64,000 bases of DNA from a virus (taxonomy: Duplodnaviria; Heunggongvirae; Uroviricota; Caudoviricetes), in the IMG/VR virus record IMGVR_UViG_3300025875_000002, positions 1 through 64,000 of that record; one strand, 5' to 3'. A model generated the notes under the pieces. It saw nothing but the letters and a program-made list of their open reading frames with translations, had not been told where the DNA came from and searched no databases. Shown in pieces: positions 45,624-55,257 of this stretch. The position numbers and the translations under genes were made by a program. How positions within the stretch are numbered: the first letter of the stretch is position 1; every line of letters begins with the position of its first letter.

Positions 45624-45793
45624 GTTACTTGACCTATCAGGTCGTAATCCGCACGAACACTGAGCTTACCGATTGGGAGCTTGACGAGCTTCGTCAGACT
45701 GTGGTAGACTTTCTGTCACCAGATGAAGAAACAGAAGTTGAAGTTGTCGAGCAGGACTAACATAATCAGATCGCTAATATTTGGGGGTGAGAA

Positions 45794-45982
45794 ATGAATA
45801 AGGAAGATTTCCTCCGTAAGTTCAAGGAAGAGGGCGGAATGGATGAGGTCATTGGCCTGCTTGGTGACATTGAGACTGAGCTTACCGTTGCCTCTACGAA
45901 GATTCCGCTGGCCGTTCAGGATCGTATCCTGGCTGCACGCAACTACGTGCACGGCCTAAAGGCTAAGGCCGAGGCGCTCTAA
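45794..45982 (+). CDS. hypothetical protein
   Basis: ORF track. Confidence 0.3.
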   Translation: MNKEDFLRKFKEEGGMDEVIGLLGDIETELTVASTKIPLAVQDRILAARNYVHGLKAKAEAL

Positions 45983-46040
45983 TTTGTCTTTTGAACATTC
46001 CCCTGTTATACTGTGCGTAACAGGAGGAGGTGTTTAATAA

Positions 46041-46448
46041 ATGAGTGAGCCAATTGTAGGACCAGCAGTGGTACAGCCACCAGCGGAAACCCCAGCACAG
46101 CGTGCAGCCCGTGATCTAGAGCAGCAGCGTGGTGATTGGAACAACCACCCTGATCCAGACAACGATAACCTAGTTTACGTTGCCCGTACATCAGAAGGTG
46201 CACGTTACGAGCGTACTTACGAGCGTCGTCGTGGCGATGTGTACTACGTATACAACGAGGACAACCAGCCAGTAAGGCGTTACGCTGAGGATGGTCGTAA
46301 CCAGCGTATCTATGCTGATTATGACACGGGAGTTAGTGCTGTAGCAGGCACAGCACACCCACGTTACAACCAGTTTAAGACCAGGGAAGTTCCAGCTTAC
46401 GTTGCCCAGCCAGGCGATGTAGTAGAGTCAACTTTGCCAGGTGCGTAA
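46041..46448 (+). CDS. hypothetical protein
   Basis: ORF track; RBS AGGAGGAGG. Confidence 0.4.
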   Translation: MSEPIVGPAVVQPPAETPAQRAARDLEQQRGDWNNHPDPDNDNLVYVARTSEGARYERTYERRRGDVYYVYNEDNQPVRRYAEDGRNQRIYADYDTGVSAVAGTAHPRYNQFKTREVPAYVAQPGDVVESTLPGA

Positions 46449-46475
46449 TCCGTAGAACTTTATACCGGCGGTCCC

Positions 46476-46505
46476 TTGACACAGAGGGACCGCCGGTGCT
46501 ATACT
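46476..46505 (+). promoter_or_regulatory. sigma70-like promoter (TTGACA N18 TATACT) upstream of tRNA-Thr
   Basis: cTTGACAcagagggaccgccggtgcTATACTaag. Confidence 0.4.
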
Positions 46506-46516
46506 AAGAGTAACAT

Positions 46517-46589
46517 TCCCTGGTAGTGATAACGGTTAGCACACGGTCTTGGTAAGACTGTAGTCGCAGTTCGATTCTGCGTCGGGGAT
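46517..46589 (+). tRNA. tRNA-Thr(GGU)
   Basis: Acceptor TCCCTGG/TCGGGGA, D GTGA/CAC-type, anticodon stem CGGTC/GACTG loop TTGGTAA, T arm CGCAG-TTCGATT-CTGCG. Confidence 0.6.
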
Positions 46590-46605
46590 CAAACAAAGGA
46601 AGATA

Positions 46606-46962
46606 ATGCCTTACTTAGATAAAGATAAGCAACGAGAGTATCAGCGCTTGTGGAGAGCAAAAAGACGAGCAGACTATCTTGCAGACAAGTCTTGTGCTCA
46701 GTGTGGCTCATGTGATAGACTAGAAGTTGACCACATTGACCCAGCGACAAAGCTAACCCACAATGTTTGGTCATGGACTGAGAAGCGCCGGGAGGCAGAG
46801 CTAGCTAAGTGCCAGGTACTATGCTACACTTGCCACAAGGAGAAGACTTCCCAATGGTACGTAGACAATAGGAAGCATAATATAACAGCATATAACCACG
46901 GGTGTAGATGCCCAATTTGCTTCGCTGCACAACAGAAGCACAATGCTCAAAGATATGCTTGA
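46606..46962 (+). CDS. HNH endonuclease
   Basis: SCAQCGSCDRLEVDHIDPATK...AKCQVLCYTCHKEK; stop codon lies inside acceptor stem of next tRNA. Confidence 0.7.
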   Translation: MPYLDKDKQREYQRLWRAKRRADYLADKSCAQCGSCDRLEVDHIDPATKLTHNVWSWTEKRREAELAKCQVLCYTCHKEKTSQWYVDNRKHNITAYNHGCRCPICFAAQQKHNAQRYA

Positions 46963-47028
46963 TTAGTGTCAGAGGCAGCACGTCGCCTTCGTAATGCGAT
47001 AGGAGCGGTTCAAATCCGCTATCAAGCT
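46957..47028 (+). tRNA. tRNA-Thr(CGU)
   Basis: Perfect acceptor GCTTGAT/ATCAAGC, D GTGT/GCAC, anticodon stem TCGCC/TGCGA loop TTCGTAA, T arm AGCGG-TTCAAAT-CCGCT. Confidence 0.55.
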
Positions 47029-47063
47029 CCATAAGCAACACCTCCTACGAACAAAGGAATAAC

Positions 47064-47297
47064 ATGGATAAGCTACAGTCCTATAACCTCCGGAGTGATC
47101 ATATGCTCCGTTACTTTCTTCCCGAAAAGGACCTGGGTTCCCTGCTGGGCCGGGTTCAGAAGTTCCTTGACCTCCACGACGACCTTTTCCTTATTGACTT
47201 GAACGTCAAGGGGTACTATGATGGTGAGGACGAGCAGGATCAGGTGTGGGAGGCAACTCTCACCTACTTTGGGGAGGTCGATAATGGACAGGACTAA
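47064..47297 (+). CDS. hypothetical protein
   Basis: ORF track. Confidence 0.3.
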   Translation: MDKLQSYNLRSDHMLRYFLPEKDLGSLLGRVQKFLDLHDDLFLIDLNVKGYYDGEDEQDQVWEATLTYFGEVDNGQD

Positions 47298-47378
47298 GAT
47301 CGCATTTTACATCATGATGTGGAATGAGCTTAAGAAGCTCCTTCGTAAGCACTGATTACTAGAGAAAAGAGAACTAAC

Positions 47379-47579
47379 ATGCTTAAGCTTGACTATGATG
47401 CAGCCCATCGATTTGTTGATGGGTATGATGGTGCTCGTTGGGACGGATGGGACGTGCTGCTTTTTAAGCCCACCCCGGCCGGGGCAACCCACCGCAGGGG
47501 CGCATATGTTAACGGCCAGTGGGGCATTCAGACTCGTGTTGTTGCCGATAGTGAAGGAAAGTGGCGTTTGAAGGTATGA
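47379..47579 (+). CDS. hypothetical protein
   Basis: ORF track. Confidence 0.3.
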   Translation: MLKLDYDAAHRFVDGYDGARWDGWDVLLFKPTPAGATHRRGAYVNGQWGIQTRVVADSEGKWRLKV

Positions 47580-47896
47580 CGACTAATCCCAGCTTGCTTG
47601 ATGAATTGGGATTAGACGAGTCAACTCTTTCTTGGTATCAACTTTCTTCTTGTCGTGGTATGGACCTTAATCTCTTTTATGAGCTTTATGAAGAAAATGA
47701 AGAGATAGCAAAGGCAATTGATGAGCGGTGCCTAAGCTGCCCGGTGTTTAAAGAGTGTCTAATGACTGCCACTGACGATAAAGACTATGGTGTTCGTGGA
47801 GCAATTTATCTATCCAATGGTAAGCCAGACAAGCAGCGTAACGCTCATAAGACACCGGAAGTTTGGTCACGAATTCAAGAAAGATTAAGTGAATGA
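47576..47896 (+). CDS. whiB: WhiB-family transcriptional regulator (Fe-S)
   Basis: Cys pattern C-x(n)-CLSCPVFKEC (C-x2-C-x5-C) plus GVRGAIY (G[VI]WGG-like); start at overlapping ATGA. Confidence 0.6.
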   Translation: MTTNPSLLDELGLDESTLSWYQLSSCRGMDLNLFYELYEENEEIAKAIDERCLSCPVFKECLMTATDDKDYGVRGAIYLSNGKPDKQRNAHKTPEVWSRIQERLSE

Positions 47897-48165
47897 TTCC
47901 ACTCAGCCATCCTATTAGAACAATGTTCCAAAGAAATCCACCACCGCCCCGGCCGGTCATGTTAGATTTAGTTTATCATGATGCAGACGAGACGAATGAT
48001 CTCCCTGAGTTTTGGACATTACGCATGTACCGAGACAATCTACGTAAGCTCAATTATAATGCAGAAGACACAATGTCTATTCATAGATGGGTTAATGATA
48101 TAATCAAGAACCTAAGGATGATTGATGAGCACGTATATCTTGAAATCCTTGAAAAGGAGGTTTGA
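47893..48165 (+). CDS. hypothetical protein
   Basis: ORF track. Confidence 0.3.
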   Translation: MIPLSHPIRTMFQRNPPPPRPVMLDLVYHDADETNDLPEFWTLRMYRDNLRKLNYNAEDTMSIHRWVNDIIKNLRMIDEHVYLEILEKEV

Positions 48166-48344
48166 TGAATACAACAGTGTGGATAAAGGATGAGAACGTT
48201 GAGGGAGTTATCTTAACGGAGATGCTACACGGAGCTATCATTGCTTATGACCTGGGCGGGTTTCATCATGAAGTTTTGATGGACAAGGACGACTATATCG
48301 TAAAGGACGAAATATTCTTTGAATTTGAGGAGATTGATGAGTAG
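48162..48344 (+). CDS. hypothetical protein
   Basis: ORF track. Confidence 0.25.
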   Translation: MMNTTVWIKDENVEGVILTEMLHGAIIAYDLGGFHHEVLMDKDDYIVKDEIFFEFEEIDE

Positions 48345-48597
48345 ACCAATTACACAAGGCGTTTCTTGTGAGGTCTGTAACATGCAGCGAGCACCTGGGG
48401 AAATTCATTCCCGAGAATCTCGTTTGTTAAAGGGCACAAGGTTGTTGATCTGTAACAAGTGCGACGTAGCAAAAAAGGAGCCACGTGGCTTTATTATTAT
48501 TGTTGCACAAACCCGTGGCGCCGATGCAGTAGCAGATTATATCAAAAATGAACGTTACGTTGGCAAGCCAATCACCGCTAAGGAAATAACAAAGTAA
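48319..48597 (+). CDS. hypothetical Zn-finger protein
   Basis: CEVCN...CNKCD. Confidence 0.3.
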   Translation: MNLRRLMSRPITQGVSCEVCNMQRAPGEIHSRESRLLKGTRLLICNKCDVAKKEPRGFIIIVAQTRGADAVADYIKNERYVGKPITAKEITK

Positions 48598-48635
48598 CTT
48601 TTGTGTTTTAGCCATAGTGCTGTTATACTGGCGAT

Positions 48636-49046
48636 ATGATACGAATGGGTAAACTACTGTGGCTTGCACGTCATCCGGTGGAGACAACTATATTTATAGT
48701 CTCCCTCGGATTGTTCGTATTCGCTTGTTATATGGTCAGTCCTTGGTATGCCACCAGCTACACTTCTCCTTTGACTGTTAATTTCTCTGAGCGAATTCAA
48801 GAGTATTGTGTTGGCACAATGTTCATCTTTTCTTCACTTCCTGGCCTCATTGCTCCTCTTATAAAAGACGACAACAGGATACGTGCTTTAAAACTTGGTA
48901 GTTTTATGCTATTTCTTTCTTGGTTGTTCCTTTTCATCCTTAGGGTTTTTACTGTCGGTTGGACACCGTGGCACTGGATGCCAATGTTAATCATTTCACT
49001 TCTCATGGGTGTCAATAGGTTATTCTTAGAGGTTAAATCAGAATAA
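48636..49046 (+). CDS. membrane protein (4 TM)
   Basis: ORF track; hydrophobic segments. Confidence 0.4.
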   Translation: MIRMGKLLWLARHPVETTIFIVSLGLFVFACYMVSPWYATSYTSPLTVNFSERIQEYCVGTMFIFSSLPGLIAPLIKDDNRIRALKLGSFMLFLSWLFLFILRVFTVGWTPWHWMPMLIISLLMGVNRLFLEVKSE

Positions 49047-49345
49047 TGGATACTGCGTGGATCGCTCTCATCGGAACTGTATTTGGCGGCGCCGGACTAA
49101 AGATGATTGAAAGCGTTCTTTCTCGTGGACAATCAAAGTCAGACGCAGCCACAGCCATGAGAGAAGAACTACGTAAGGAATCAACCTCACTTAGAGAAGA
49201 AATGCGGGTTGTTGAAAAGGATTTGGACGCTTGGAAGGAAAAATATTTTCTTCTATTGCAAGACTACTTAGAGTTAAAGAGTCAATTCGTTCACAAAGAG
49301 CCAGTAGTAGAAGAAACTAAGAATGATGAGGGGAATAATTGGTAA
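49046..49345 (+). CDS. membrane/coiled-coil protein
   Basis: N-terminal TM, charged coiled-coil remainder. Confidence 0.35.
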   Translation: MDTAWIALIGTVFGGAGLKMIESVLSRGQSKSDAATAMREELRKESTSLREEMRVVEKDLDAWKEKYFLLLQDYLELKSQFVHKEPVVEETKNDEGNNW

Positions 49346-49563
49346 TGCTAGTAATTAAGTTAGACCTAGAAAAGAACAAGATGAATTATAATGCTGCGCT
49401 TGCGGCCTTGTCTGATTTTGATGTTGCAAGCGCAGCGTGGGAAACGGACGAGCCAAAGGTAGCCCCACCGGCAGCGAAGTCAGGTCAGACCGGCAGCGAT
49501 CTAAGCTCCGGACTTTCTGCTGCTATTAAGTTTCTTGCAGATAGTCAAAAGAATAAGCAGTGA
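49339..49563 (+). CDS. hypothetical protein
   Basis: ORF track. Confidence 0.3.
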   Translation: MVMLVIKLDLEKNKMNYNAALAALSDFDVASAAWETDEPKVAPPAAKSGQTGSDLSSGLSAAIKFLADSQKNKQ

Positions 49564-49790
49564 ATTTAGCGAAGGATCTTGCTGAAATCTTCAAAGGGCG
49601 AGAGCTTCATTGGAGTATTGATGGTAAGATGGTAATACCAACCGCAAAAGATATTCAAGAGACTCTTGACAAGGCGAAGGAAGCCTTGTACACTGAACCA
49701 GTACCCAGCCAGATGGAAGTCGGACGCTTGATCGTTCGCCACTGGAAACAAAATCAATTTGATGTCTACCTACAGATAGGAAATCTATAA
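49560..49790 (+). CDS. hypothetical protein
   Basis: ORF track. Confidence 0.3.
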   Translation: MNLAKDLAEIFKGRELHWSIDGKMVIPTAKDIQETLDKAKEALYTEPVPSQMEVGRLIVRHWKQNQFDVYLQIGNL

Positions 49791-50344
49791 TGTCACTCTT
49801 TGAGTACACTCATCACAAGGAAACCCCGGACTCTAGCGTCATCAGTGACCTGTATTATAATGCAAATACTGAGGAGCTTGTTGTTGTCCTTCACGGCGGC
49901 ACTAACGCCGGTTACGATGGAGTGTCACTGATCGTTTACCTTGCCATGATCACTCACTACGACGCCCGCGAGGAGGGTGGATCTGTTGGTGCCTATTGGA
50001 ACACTGGCGTTAAGCCTCTTTTTGATGGCTTTGACACCTCTTGGATTGAGGGTTTTGTTGATGCCAATGGTGAGGACGAGGGTCCTAGCGATTGGGAGCA
50101 GGAAGTCCTTAATGCTCAGGCCCCTGTGAACCTCGACAGCGTTGCTATCAACCAGACGATTGTCATTCCCACCGCCGAGTACAGTATCGGCTTTGCGTTT
50201 GAGACTGCTAGCACTACGTATGAGATTGATCTTCCTGTCTTTGCGGTTGATCCTGACGATGCGCTGAGCCGCTTTAATCGTATTGCTGGCCTGGCCGGTT
50301 ATGAGAAGGTCAAAGTTAAGTCCGTCACTCGCTTTTTTGAGTGA
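49790..50344 (+). CDS. hypothetical protein
   Basis: ORF track; followed by strong terminator. Confidence 0.4.
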   Translation: MSLFEYTHHKETPDSSVISDLYYNANTEELVVVLHGGTNAGYDGVSLIVYLAMITHYDAREEGGSVGAYWNTGVKPLFDGFDTSWIEGFVDANGEDEGPSDWEQEVLNAQAPVNLDSVAINQTIVIPTAEYSIGFAFETASTTYEIDLPVFAVDPDDALSRFNRIAGLAGYEKVKVKSVTRFFE

Positions 50345-50346
50345 TT

Positions 50347-50383
50347 CGTAACCGGCCCTGGTTAGCCGCCAGGGCCGGTTACG
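50347..50383 (+). terminator. strong hairpin terminator (15-bp perfect stem)
   Basis: CGTAACCGGCCCTGGttagccgCCAGGGCCGGTTACG. Confidence 0.55.
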
Positions 50384-50535
50384 TAAGGAACAGCTTATGA
50401 ATGACTATATTATAGTCTGGTGCCCGTCCAATCCAGGTGGTAAGGTAGAAATTCCTAACCGCTGGTGGAGTCGTCGGCGTAAGTTTGCGACCCTAGGCCA
50501 GAGTATCCGCTACTCAAAGAGAAAGAAGTGGGAAT

Positions 50536-50787
50536 ATGACAATTGCTGACGACGTCTTTGGTGTATTGTCCAAGACTTATTCAAGGTATTATGGTGAAGA
50601 TTCGGTAAGGAAGCTTAGCAGATTGATTGCTGATCAGATTCAGATGGGTAAGATTACCTCTCACCAAGCCTTGCAGAATTACATCTGGATGTGGTACAGT
50701 GGTGGCTCCACCGCAAAAGCGGTCAGCTACGAATTCATAGAGAAGTTCCCCAATTACATTAGGAGTAACGATGACGACTCAGATTGA
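50536..50787 (+). CDS. hypothetical protein
   Basis: ORF track. Confidence 0.3.
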   Translation: MTIADDVFGVLSKTYSRYYGEDSVRKLSRLIADQIQMGKITSHQALQNYIWMWYSGGSTAKAVSYEFIEKFPNYIRSNDDDSD

Positions 50788-51214
50788 CGAGTATATTGTT
50801 CCCGAAGAGTTTGTGACCATGAAGCCTGAGGTTAAGGCTGAGTGGGTTGCTGACCTGCGCAGTGGTAATTTCAGTCAGACTCGCGGTGTGCTTTGTAACC
50901 CCATTAAGGGTGGTCACTGCTGCCTTGGCGTGCTTTCTGAGCAGGCCGTTCGTAAGGGCGTTGCCACTAAGGAGGATGACGTTACCGATGGTGTGTCTGG
51001 ATTTAGGATTGAGGCCAATGGTGATCTTGCTCTGACTCAGCTTAGCACTGGCCTTGCTGAGTGGGCCGGTATAATTCCTGCCTACGGTAGTCGTACTACT
51101 CAGAGCATCCTGCCTTTCTTTGACCGCGAAGTGCGGCGCGTTTACCTCGACAACCTGAATGATGACGGCATGCCGTTTTCGCAGATTGCCGATCTGATCG
51201 ATTTTTGGTACTGA
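50771..51214 (+). CDS. hypothetical protein (paralog of 32410..32814)
   Basis: WVADLRSGNFSQTRGVL...GGHCCLGVL. Confidence 0.35.
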   Translation: MTTQIDEYIVPEEFVTMKPEVKAEWVADLRSGNFSQTRGVLCNPIKGGHCCLGVLSEQAVRKGVATKEDDVTDGVSGFRIEANGDLALTQLSTGLAEWAGIIPAYGSRTTQSILPFFDREVRRVYLDNLNDDGMPFSQIADLIDFWY

Positions 51215-51234
51215 CCAACAAATAAGGAGACAAA

Positions 51235-51627
51235 ATGAATAAGATTAAGAAGGCTGCCGTTAGCATGGGAGCAATCGCTGCACTTATCACCGGAGGGGTT
51301 GCTGCCGACACTGCAAATGCTCCCGATGCGAGCGCAGCAGTCGCTCAGGTTTGTCACAGGGGACCATCGACTAATGCTCCCGTTGCAGTTCTAGAGTCTG
51401 GTGGGGCATCCTACCTTGTCTACCCCGGCCACTGTACCTCAGTAAATGTACCCATTTTTGGTTTCCGTCCCTCTCGTTCAGGAGATACTGTTACTTGGGC
51501 TTACGACAGTAGCTACTTTACCAACTACACCGCTGTTTATAAGAGCGGGCAGTGGACTGCTACTCTTAACAAGAGCATTGTGATTAAGAATGTTCATAGT
51601 GGATTTGGTGGTGGAGGCTCTTTCTGA
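51235..51627 (+). CDS. secreted protein of unknown function
   Basis: Signal peptide MNKIKKAAVSMGAIAALITGGVAADTANA; RBS AAGGAGA. Confidence 0.4.
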   Translation: MNKIKKAAVSMGAIAALITGGVAADTANAPDASAAVAQVCHRGPSTNAPVAVLESGGASYLVYPGHCTSVNVPIFGFRPSRSGDTVTWAYDSSYFTNYTAVYKSGQWTATLNKSIVIKNVHSGFGGGGSF

Positions 51628-51807
51628 GCTTGACACAACCGGGCCGGTAGAGTAAGCTCTAGTCAACAGACAAGGGACAGCATGAATGAAAAGAAGCCAC
51701 GAAAGAAGAAGGACAAGCCTAAGGGTGAGGTTCGTAATCTTCTAAAGATCAATGGCACTTTACAGCTTCAAAGTTGACTTTAATTTGAAGCCAGATACAA
51801 TTGGTCT

Positions 51808-52257
51808 ATGAAAATTTGCAGCAGGTGTAAAGTAAGTAAGTCTTTAGAAGAATTCTCTAAAAATAAGACAAAGAAAGACGGCAAGAATACTTTTTGCAAG
51901 CCATGCCATAAAGAGTACGTTGGCGAACACTATCAAAAAAACAAACAAGTATACTTGGATCGTACTGCTCAATATTCTAAGGATAACGCGGACAAAATAA
52001 AACAATACAAGCTTGATTGTCGGTCTGAATATACAGACCTTGAAAATAAACGTCGTGCTAGAAAGAAAAATCAGCTTGGAAAACCATACTCTAGACAGAA
52101 AATTTTTGATAGAGACGAGTGGATGTGCTATCTTTGCGGAGAATCAATCAATCCGGACCTTAAACGCCCGGATATGATGAGCGCATCCATTGATCACGTT
52201 AAGCCTATATCTAAGGGCGGACTTGATTGTGAGAGCAATGTCCGTGCAAGCATCTAA
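51808..52257 (+). CDS. HNH endonuclease
   Basis: N-terminal CxxC pairs; SIDHVKPISKGGLDCESNV HNH core. Confidence 0.6.
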   Translation: MKICSRCKVSKSLEEFSKNKTKKDGKNTFCKPCHKEYVGEHYQKNKQVYLDRTAQYSKDNADKIKQYKLDCRSEYTDLENKRRARKKNQLGKPYSRQKIFDRDEWMCYLCGESINPDLKRPDMMSASIDHVKPISKGGLDCESNVRASI

Positions 52258-52275
52258 TATGTAATGTGAGGAAAA

Positions 52276-52494
52276 ATGCCACATACACCGAAGAGGACCC
52301 CACCTGGTAAGCCAAAGAAAGAAAAGGCTAAAGGTGAGTATAGAAACTTAATGATCGTAAATGGTATCTACACATTTGAAGTCAAGCGTAAGGACAACAC
52401 ATGGACTGCACTCGGAGGGCTATCCGGTGAAACTTCTAAGGCTGATGCAGAAAAGTTTGCGCAGAACACTGCCGAGTCATGGAGGAAGCGGTGA
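52276..52494 (+). CDS. hypothetical protein
   Basis: ORF track. Confidence 0.3.
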   Translation: MPHTPKRTPPGKPKKEKAKGEYRNLMIVNGIYTFEVKRKDNTWTALGGLSGETSKADAEKFAQNTAESWRKR

Positions 52495-52688
52495 AGTATA
52501 GATATCATATATACTATGCGCATAACAATCAGCTCGTTGAGACAATTGACTGCGCAGGTATAGAAATTGTTCATGAAGGCAAGATTTTCAAGGTGTGGGG
52601 CAACAAAAGGCTTGACGGAGAACGTGAAGTGCTGGCTTTAATCCCTACATCACACTTTTATTTTAGATTGGATGACGCCATTGGCTAG
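52479..52688 (+). CDS. hypothetical protein
   Basis: ORF track. Confidence 0.25.
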   Translation: MEEAVKYRYHIYYAHNNQLVETIDCAGIEIVHEGKIFKVWGNKRLDGEREVLALIPTSHFYFRLDDAIG

Positions 52689-52860
52689 CTTTCAAGTTGT
52701 TAGAGTCGAAGATAATGCTATTATCGATGTGATTGAAGATGCTGTTCTTTTCTTGAAGGATGGTGTTTATAAGTTTGCTGACCCGACCGGTAACGGCGGG
52801 GAGGGAAAGGGCAAGGCGTTCTTTCCTGTTCGCTCCTACTATGTAAAGAAGGTGATTTAA
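52672..52860 (+). CDS. hypothetical protein
   Basis: ORF track. Confidence 0.25.
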   Translation: MTPLASFQVVRVEDNAIIDVIEDAVLFLKDGVYKFADPTGNGGEGKGKAFFPVRSYYVKKVI

Positions 52861-52978
52861 CATGCTTGGAATTATTTGGGATGCACTGTGGATCGCTGTA
52901 CCGGCGTGGGCCGGTTGGAAGGGTCATAAGATGGTTTATGGTCCCAAGACTGATCCCAGCCAGAAGGCGATTCGCTGA

Positions 52979-53338
52979 GTGTACGAGTATATTGCCAAGG
53001 TCCGCTCAGAATACGATGGTGACACCATCCGTGCAGATGTGGACCTTGGCTTTAACATGTGGATGATGAATGCAGACTTGCGGCTAAATAGGATTAATGC
53101 TCCTGAGCTTAAGGGTGAGCAGCGTCCGCTTGGCATTGCAACCAGAAATTATATGTTGACTCTCATGCCCCTCGGTGCTACGATCTACATGCGAACGATG
53201 AAGGATTCTACCGAGAAGTACGGACGCTATTTAGTAGATATTTACCCTCTCGGGTTTGATATGTATTGTCTAAATGACCGGTTGGTGTCCGAAGGGTTTG
53301 CGAAATATTATGACGGGACCGGGCCTAAGCCAATCTAA
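52979..53338 (+). CDS. staphylococcal-nuclease-like (thermonuclease/SNase) domain protein
   Basis: YDGDTIRADVD and RLNRINAPE motifs. Confidence 0.5.
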   Translation: MYEYIAKVRSEYDGDTIRADVDLGFNMWMMNADLRLNRINAPELKGEQRPLGIATRNYMLTLMPLGATIYMRTMKDSTEKYGRYLVDIYPLGFDMYCLNDRLVSEGFAKYYDGTGPKPI

Positions 53339-53347
53339 GGAGCACCA

Positions 53348-54127
53348 ATGAAGTATGAGAAGAATCTAAAGAATAACATCCTAGAGGGCGTGGTGATCGG
53401 TGTTGTTTTTACCGGTCTGTCCTATCTCCTTGGCGTTTCTTTCGGATGGATTGACAGCGTTAACTGGCTAGAAGCCTTCGCTGTCTTCACCTCCTACGTG
53501 TGCACGTGGCTGTGTGTTCGTGAGCGTCGGTGGAACTATCCCATCGGTGCACTGTCTACCGCAGCCTACGCTGTAGTTTTTTGGCAGATGGACCTGTATG
53601 CTAGTGCTGCACTTAATGCCTACCTTGTGCCTACGCTGCTTTACGGCTGGTACAGGTGGCGCGATGATGACAACACTCGTCCGATCACGCGGGTTGCGGC
53701 CAAGTGGATTCCTGTCTACCTCGCTGTGACCGCTGCAACTTATGGCGCTGTGCTCTTGATTATAAACGCCTTCGATGCTAAGCTTGCTCTGACAGACAGC
53801 GTGATCCTGGTCGGGTCGATCCTGGCTCAGTTCCTGCTGGACAACAAGAAATTGTCCACTTGGAGCGTTTGGGCTGTGGTCAATGTCCTCGCCATTTATA
53901 CCTATTTCAACGCAGACTTGACCCTCGCTGGCTTCCAATACATTACCTTTTTACTCAACACCGGCGTTGGATATATTGTTTGGAAGAATTCAATGAATAG
54001 GAATAATGATGACCCGAGCCTTTACATTAATGACATGTCTACCCCCAACCCTGGGGCACCTACGATTAATTCAATTCAGCCAGCAGCTAGCACCGACGAC
54101 GGTGATCGTAAGCACGCAGCCGTCTGA
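53348..54127 (+). CDS. pnuC: nicotinamide riboside transporter PnuC
   Basis: Multi-TM; QMDLYASAALNAYLVPTLLYGWYRWRDD closely matches PnuC signature region (LYAS...GWY.W). Confidence 0.8.
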   Translation: MKYEKNLKNNILEGVVIGVVFTGLSYLLGVSFGWIDSVNWLEAFAVFTSYVCTWLCVRERRWNYPIGALSTAAYAVVFWQMDLYASAALNAYLVPTLLYGWYRWRDDDNTRPITRVAAKWIPVYLAVTAATYGAVLLIINAFDAKLALTDSVILVGSILAQFLLDNKKLSTWSVWAVVNVLAIYTYFNADLTLAGFQYITFLLNTGVGYIVWKNSMNRNNDDPSLYINDMSTPNPGAPTINSIQPAASTDDGDRKHAAV

Positions 54128-55034
54128 GCCTTTTCCGATGGAGCGCTACAAGGCAATCAAGGAGGCCATTTCTGGTCAGGGAGTCATGGCAATGCTATAC
54201 AACAGAGAGATTGAGCAGAACCCCGAAGCCCCTGGATTCTGGCAGACATGGCGAGATATCTTTTATCAGTATGGTTTCTCAGAGGGTGACTACATCGTAG
54301 CCAGTGAGCCTTACGGACAGCGTTTGGCAGAAGAGCTTGGTGGTGTGTTTATGCCTTATGACCTTAACCGGTCCATTGACCCAATTAAGGCCACACCGGT
54401 TCGTAATGATCCCCTGACGCTCTGGCGTTGGAGGGATATGGTTCCTGAGTTTCGTAAGTACGTGATGCAGCGAGTTACCATTTTCGGTGCTGAGTCTTGC
54501 GGAAAGACTACTCTCAGTCAGGACTTGGCCGTTGAGTATAACTCTCGGTGGCTGTTTGAGTGGGCACGGCCTTACCTAGAGGCTGTCGGTGCTGAGGTTA
54601 CCGACGAAAAGATGTATGCAATTCACAAGGGTCAGCTTGCTTTGCAGCAGCATGGCCGGTGGAATGTGACAGACGCGCCGGTTCTGTTTCAGGATACAGA
54701 CCTGTTTAGCACTGTTGGTTACTGGAATCTCTGGAAGCCAGAGCACAACATCAATGAACTTATCCTTGATGCGGCTGACAATAAGTCCCAGCTTTACCTG
54801 ATTGCACCCTCTAATATTCCGTTTGAGGCTGATCCTCTCCGGTACGGTGGGCATGAGCGGGAGTCGGCAGACCAGTTTTGGATCGACCTGTGCAAGTCTT
54901 ATGGACTTAACTACAGAGTCTTGACTTCCAGCGACCGGGTTGGTAGAGTGAAGGAAGCGGGCAAGTATATCCATGAGTTGCTGGACGACAACATTGTCCA
55001 GCCGTTGCACTACGAGAGGACGTTCAATGGTTGA
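54006..55034 (+). CDS. nadR: bifunctional NMN adenylyltransferase / ribosylnicotinamide kinase NadR
   Basis: NMNAT motif FTLMTCLPPTLGHLRLIQ (GxFxPxHxGH-like); RWRDMVPEFRKYVMQRVTIFGAESCGKTTL matches NadR RNK-domain Walker A region; 3 prime of pnuC overlaps by ~120 nt. Confidence 0.85.
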   Translation: MMTRAFTLMTCLPPTLGHLRLIQFSQQLAPTTVIVSTQPSEPFPMERYKAIKEAISGQGVMAMLYNREIEQNPEAPGFWQTWRDIFYQYGFSEGDYIVASEPYGQRLAEELGGVFMPYDLNRSIDPIKATPVRNDPLTLWRWRDMVPEFRKYVMQRVTIFGAESCGKTTLSQDLAVEYNSRWLFEWARPYLEAVGAEVTDEKMYAIHKGQLALQQHGRWNVTDAPVLFQDTDLFSTVGYWNLWKPEHNINELILDAADNKSQLYLIAPSNIPFEADPLRYGGHERESADQFWIDLCKSYGLNYRVLTSSDRVGRVKEAGKYIHELLDDNIVQPLHYERTFNG

Positions 55035-55257
55035 GTTTGTTGCTCTTGGAGCGGCAATTGCTCCTGCACTATACGCTACCTATTTCCTCGGAACCAAGCG
55101 GTCAAGGACCATTGAGTATGAGGAACCAGATTGTATCCATGAATGGGGCAAATGGAAGGTTGCAGAAGTAACTGGCAGCAAGGCCGTTTGGGGACAGACG
55201 CGCAATTGCACTAAGTGTGGCTACACTATTTGGAAGAAGGGAACGGTTGACCGTTAA
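54973..55257 (+). CDS. hypothetical small protein with CxxC
   Basis: ORF track; CIHEWGKW...CTKCGY; overlaps nadR end, doubtful. Confidence 0.2.
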   Translation: MSCWTTTLSSRCTTRGRSMVEFVALGAAIAPALYATYFLGTKRSRTIEYEEPDCIHEWGKWKVAEVTGSKAVWGQTRNCTKCGYTIWKKGTVDR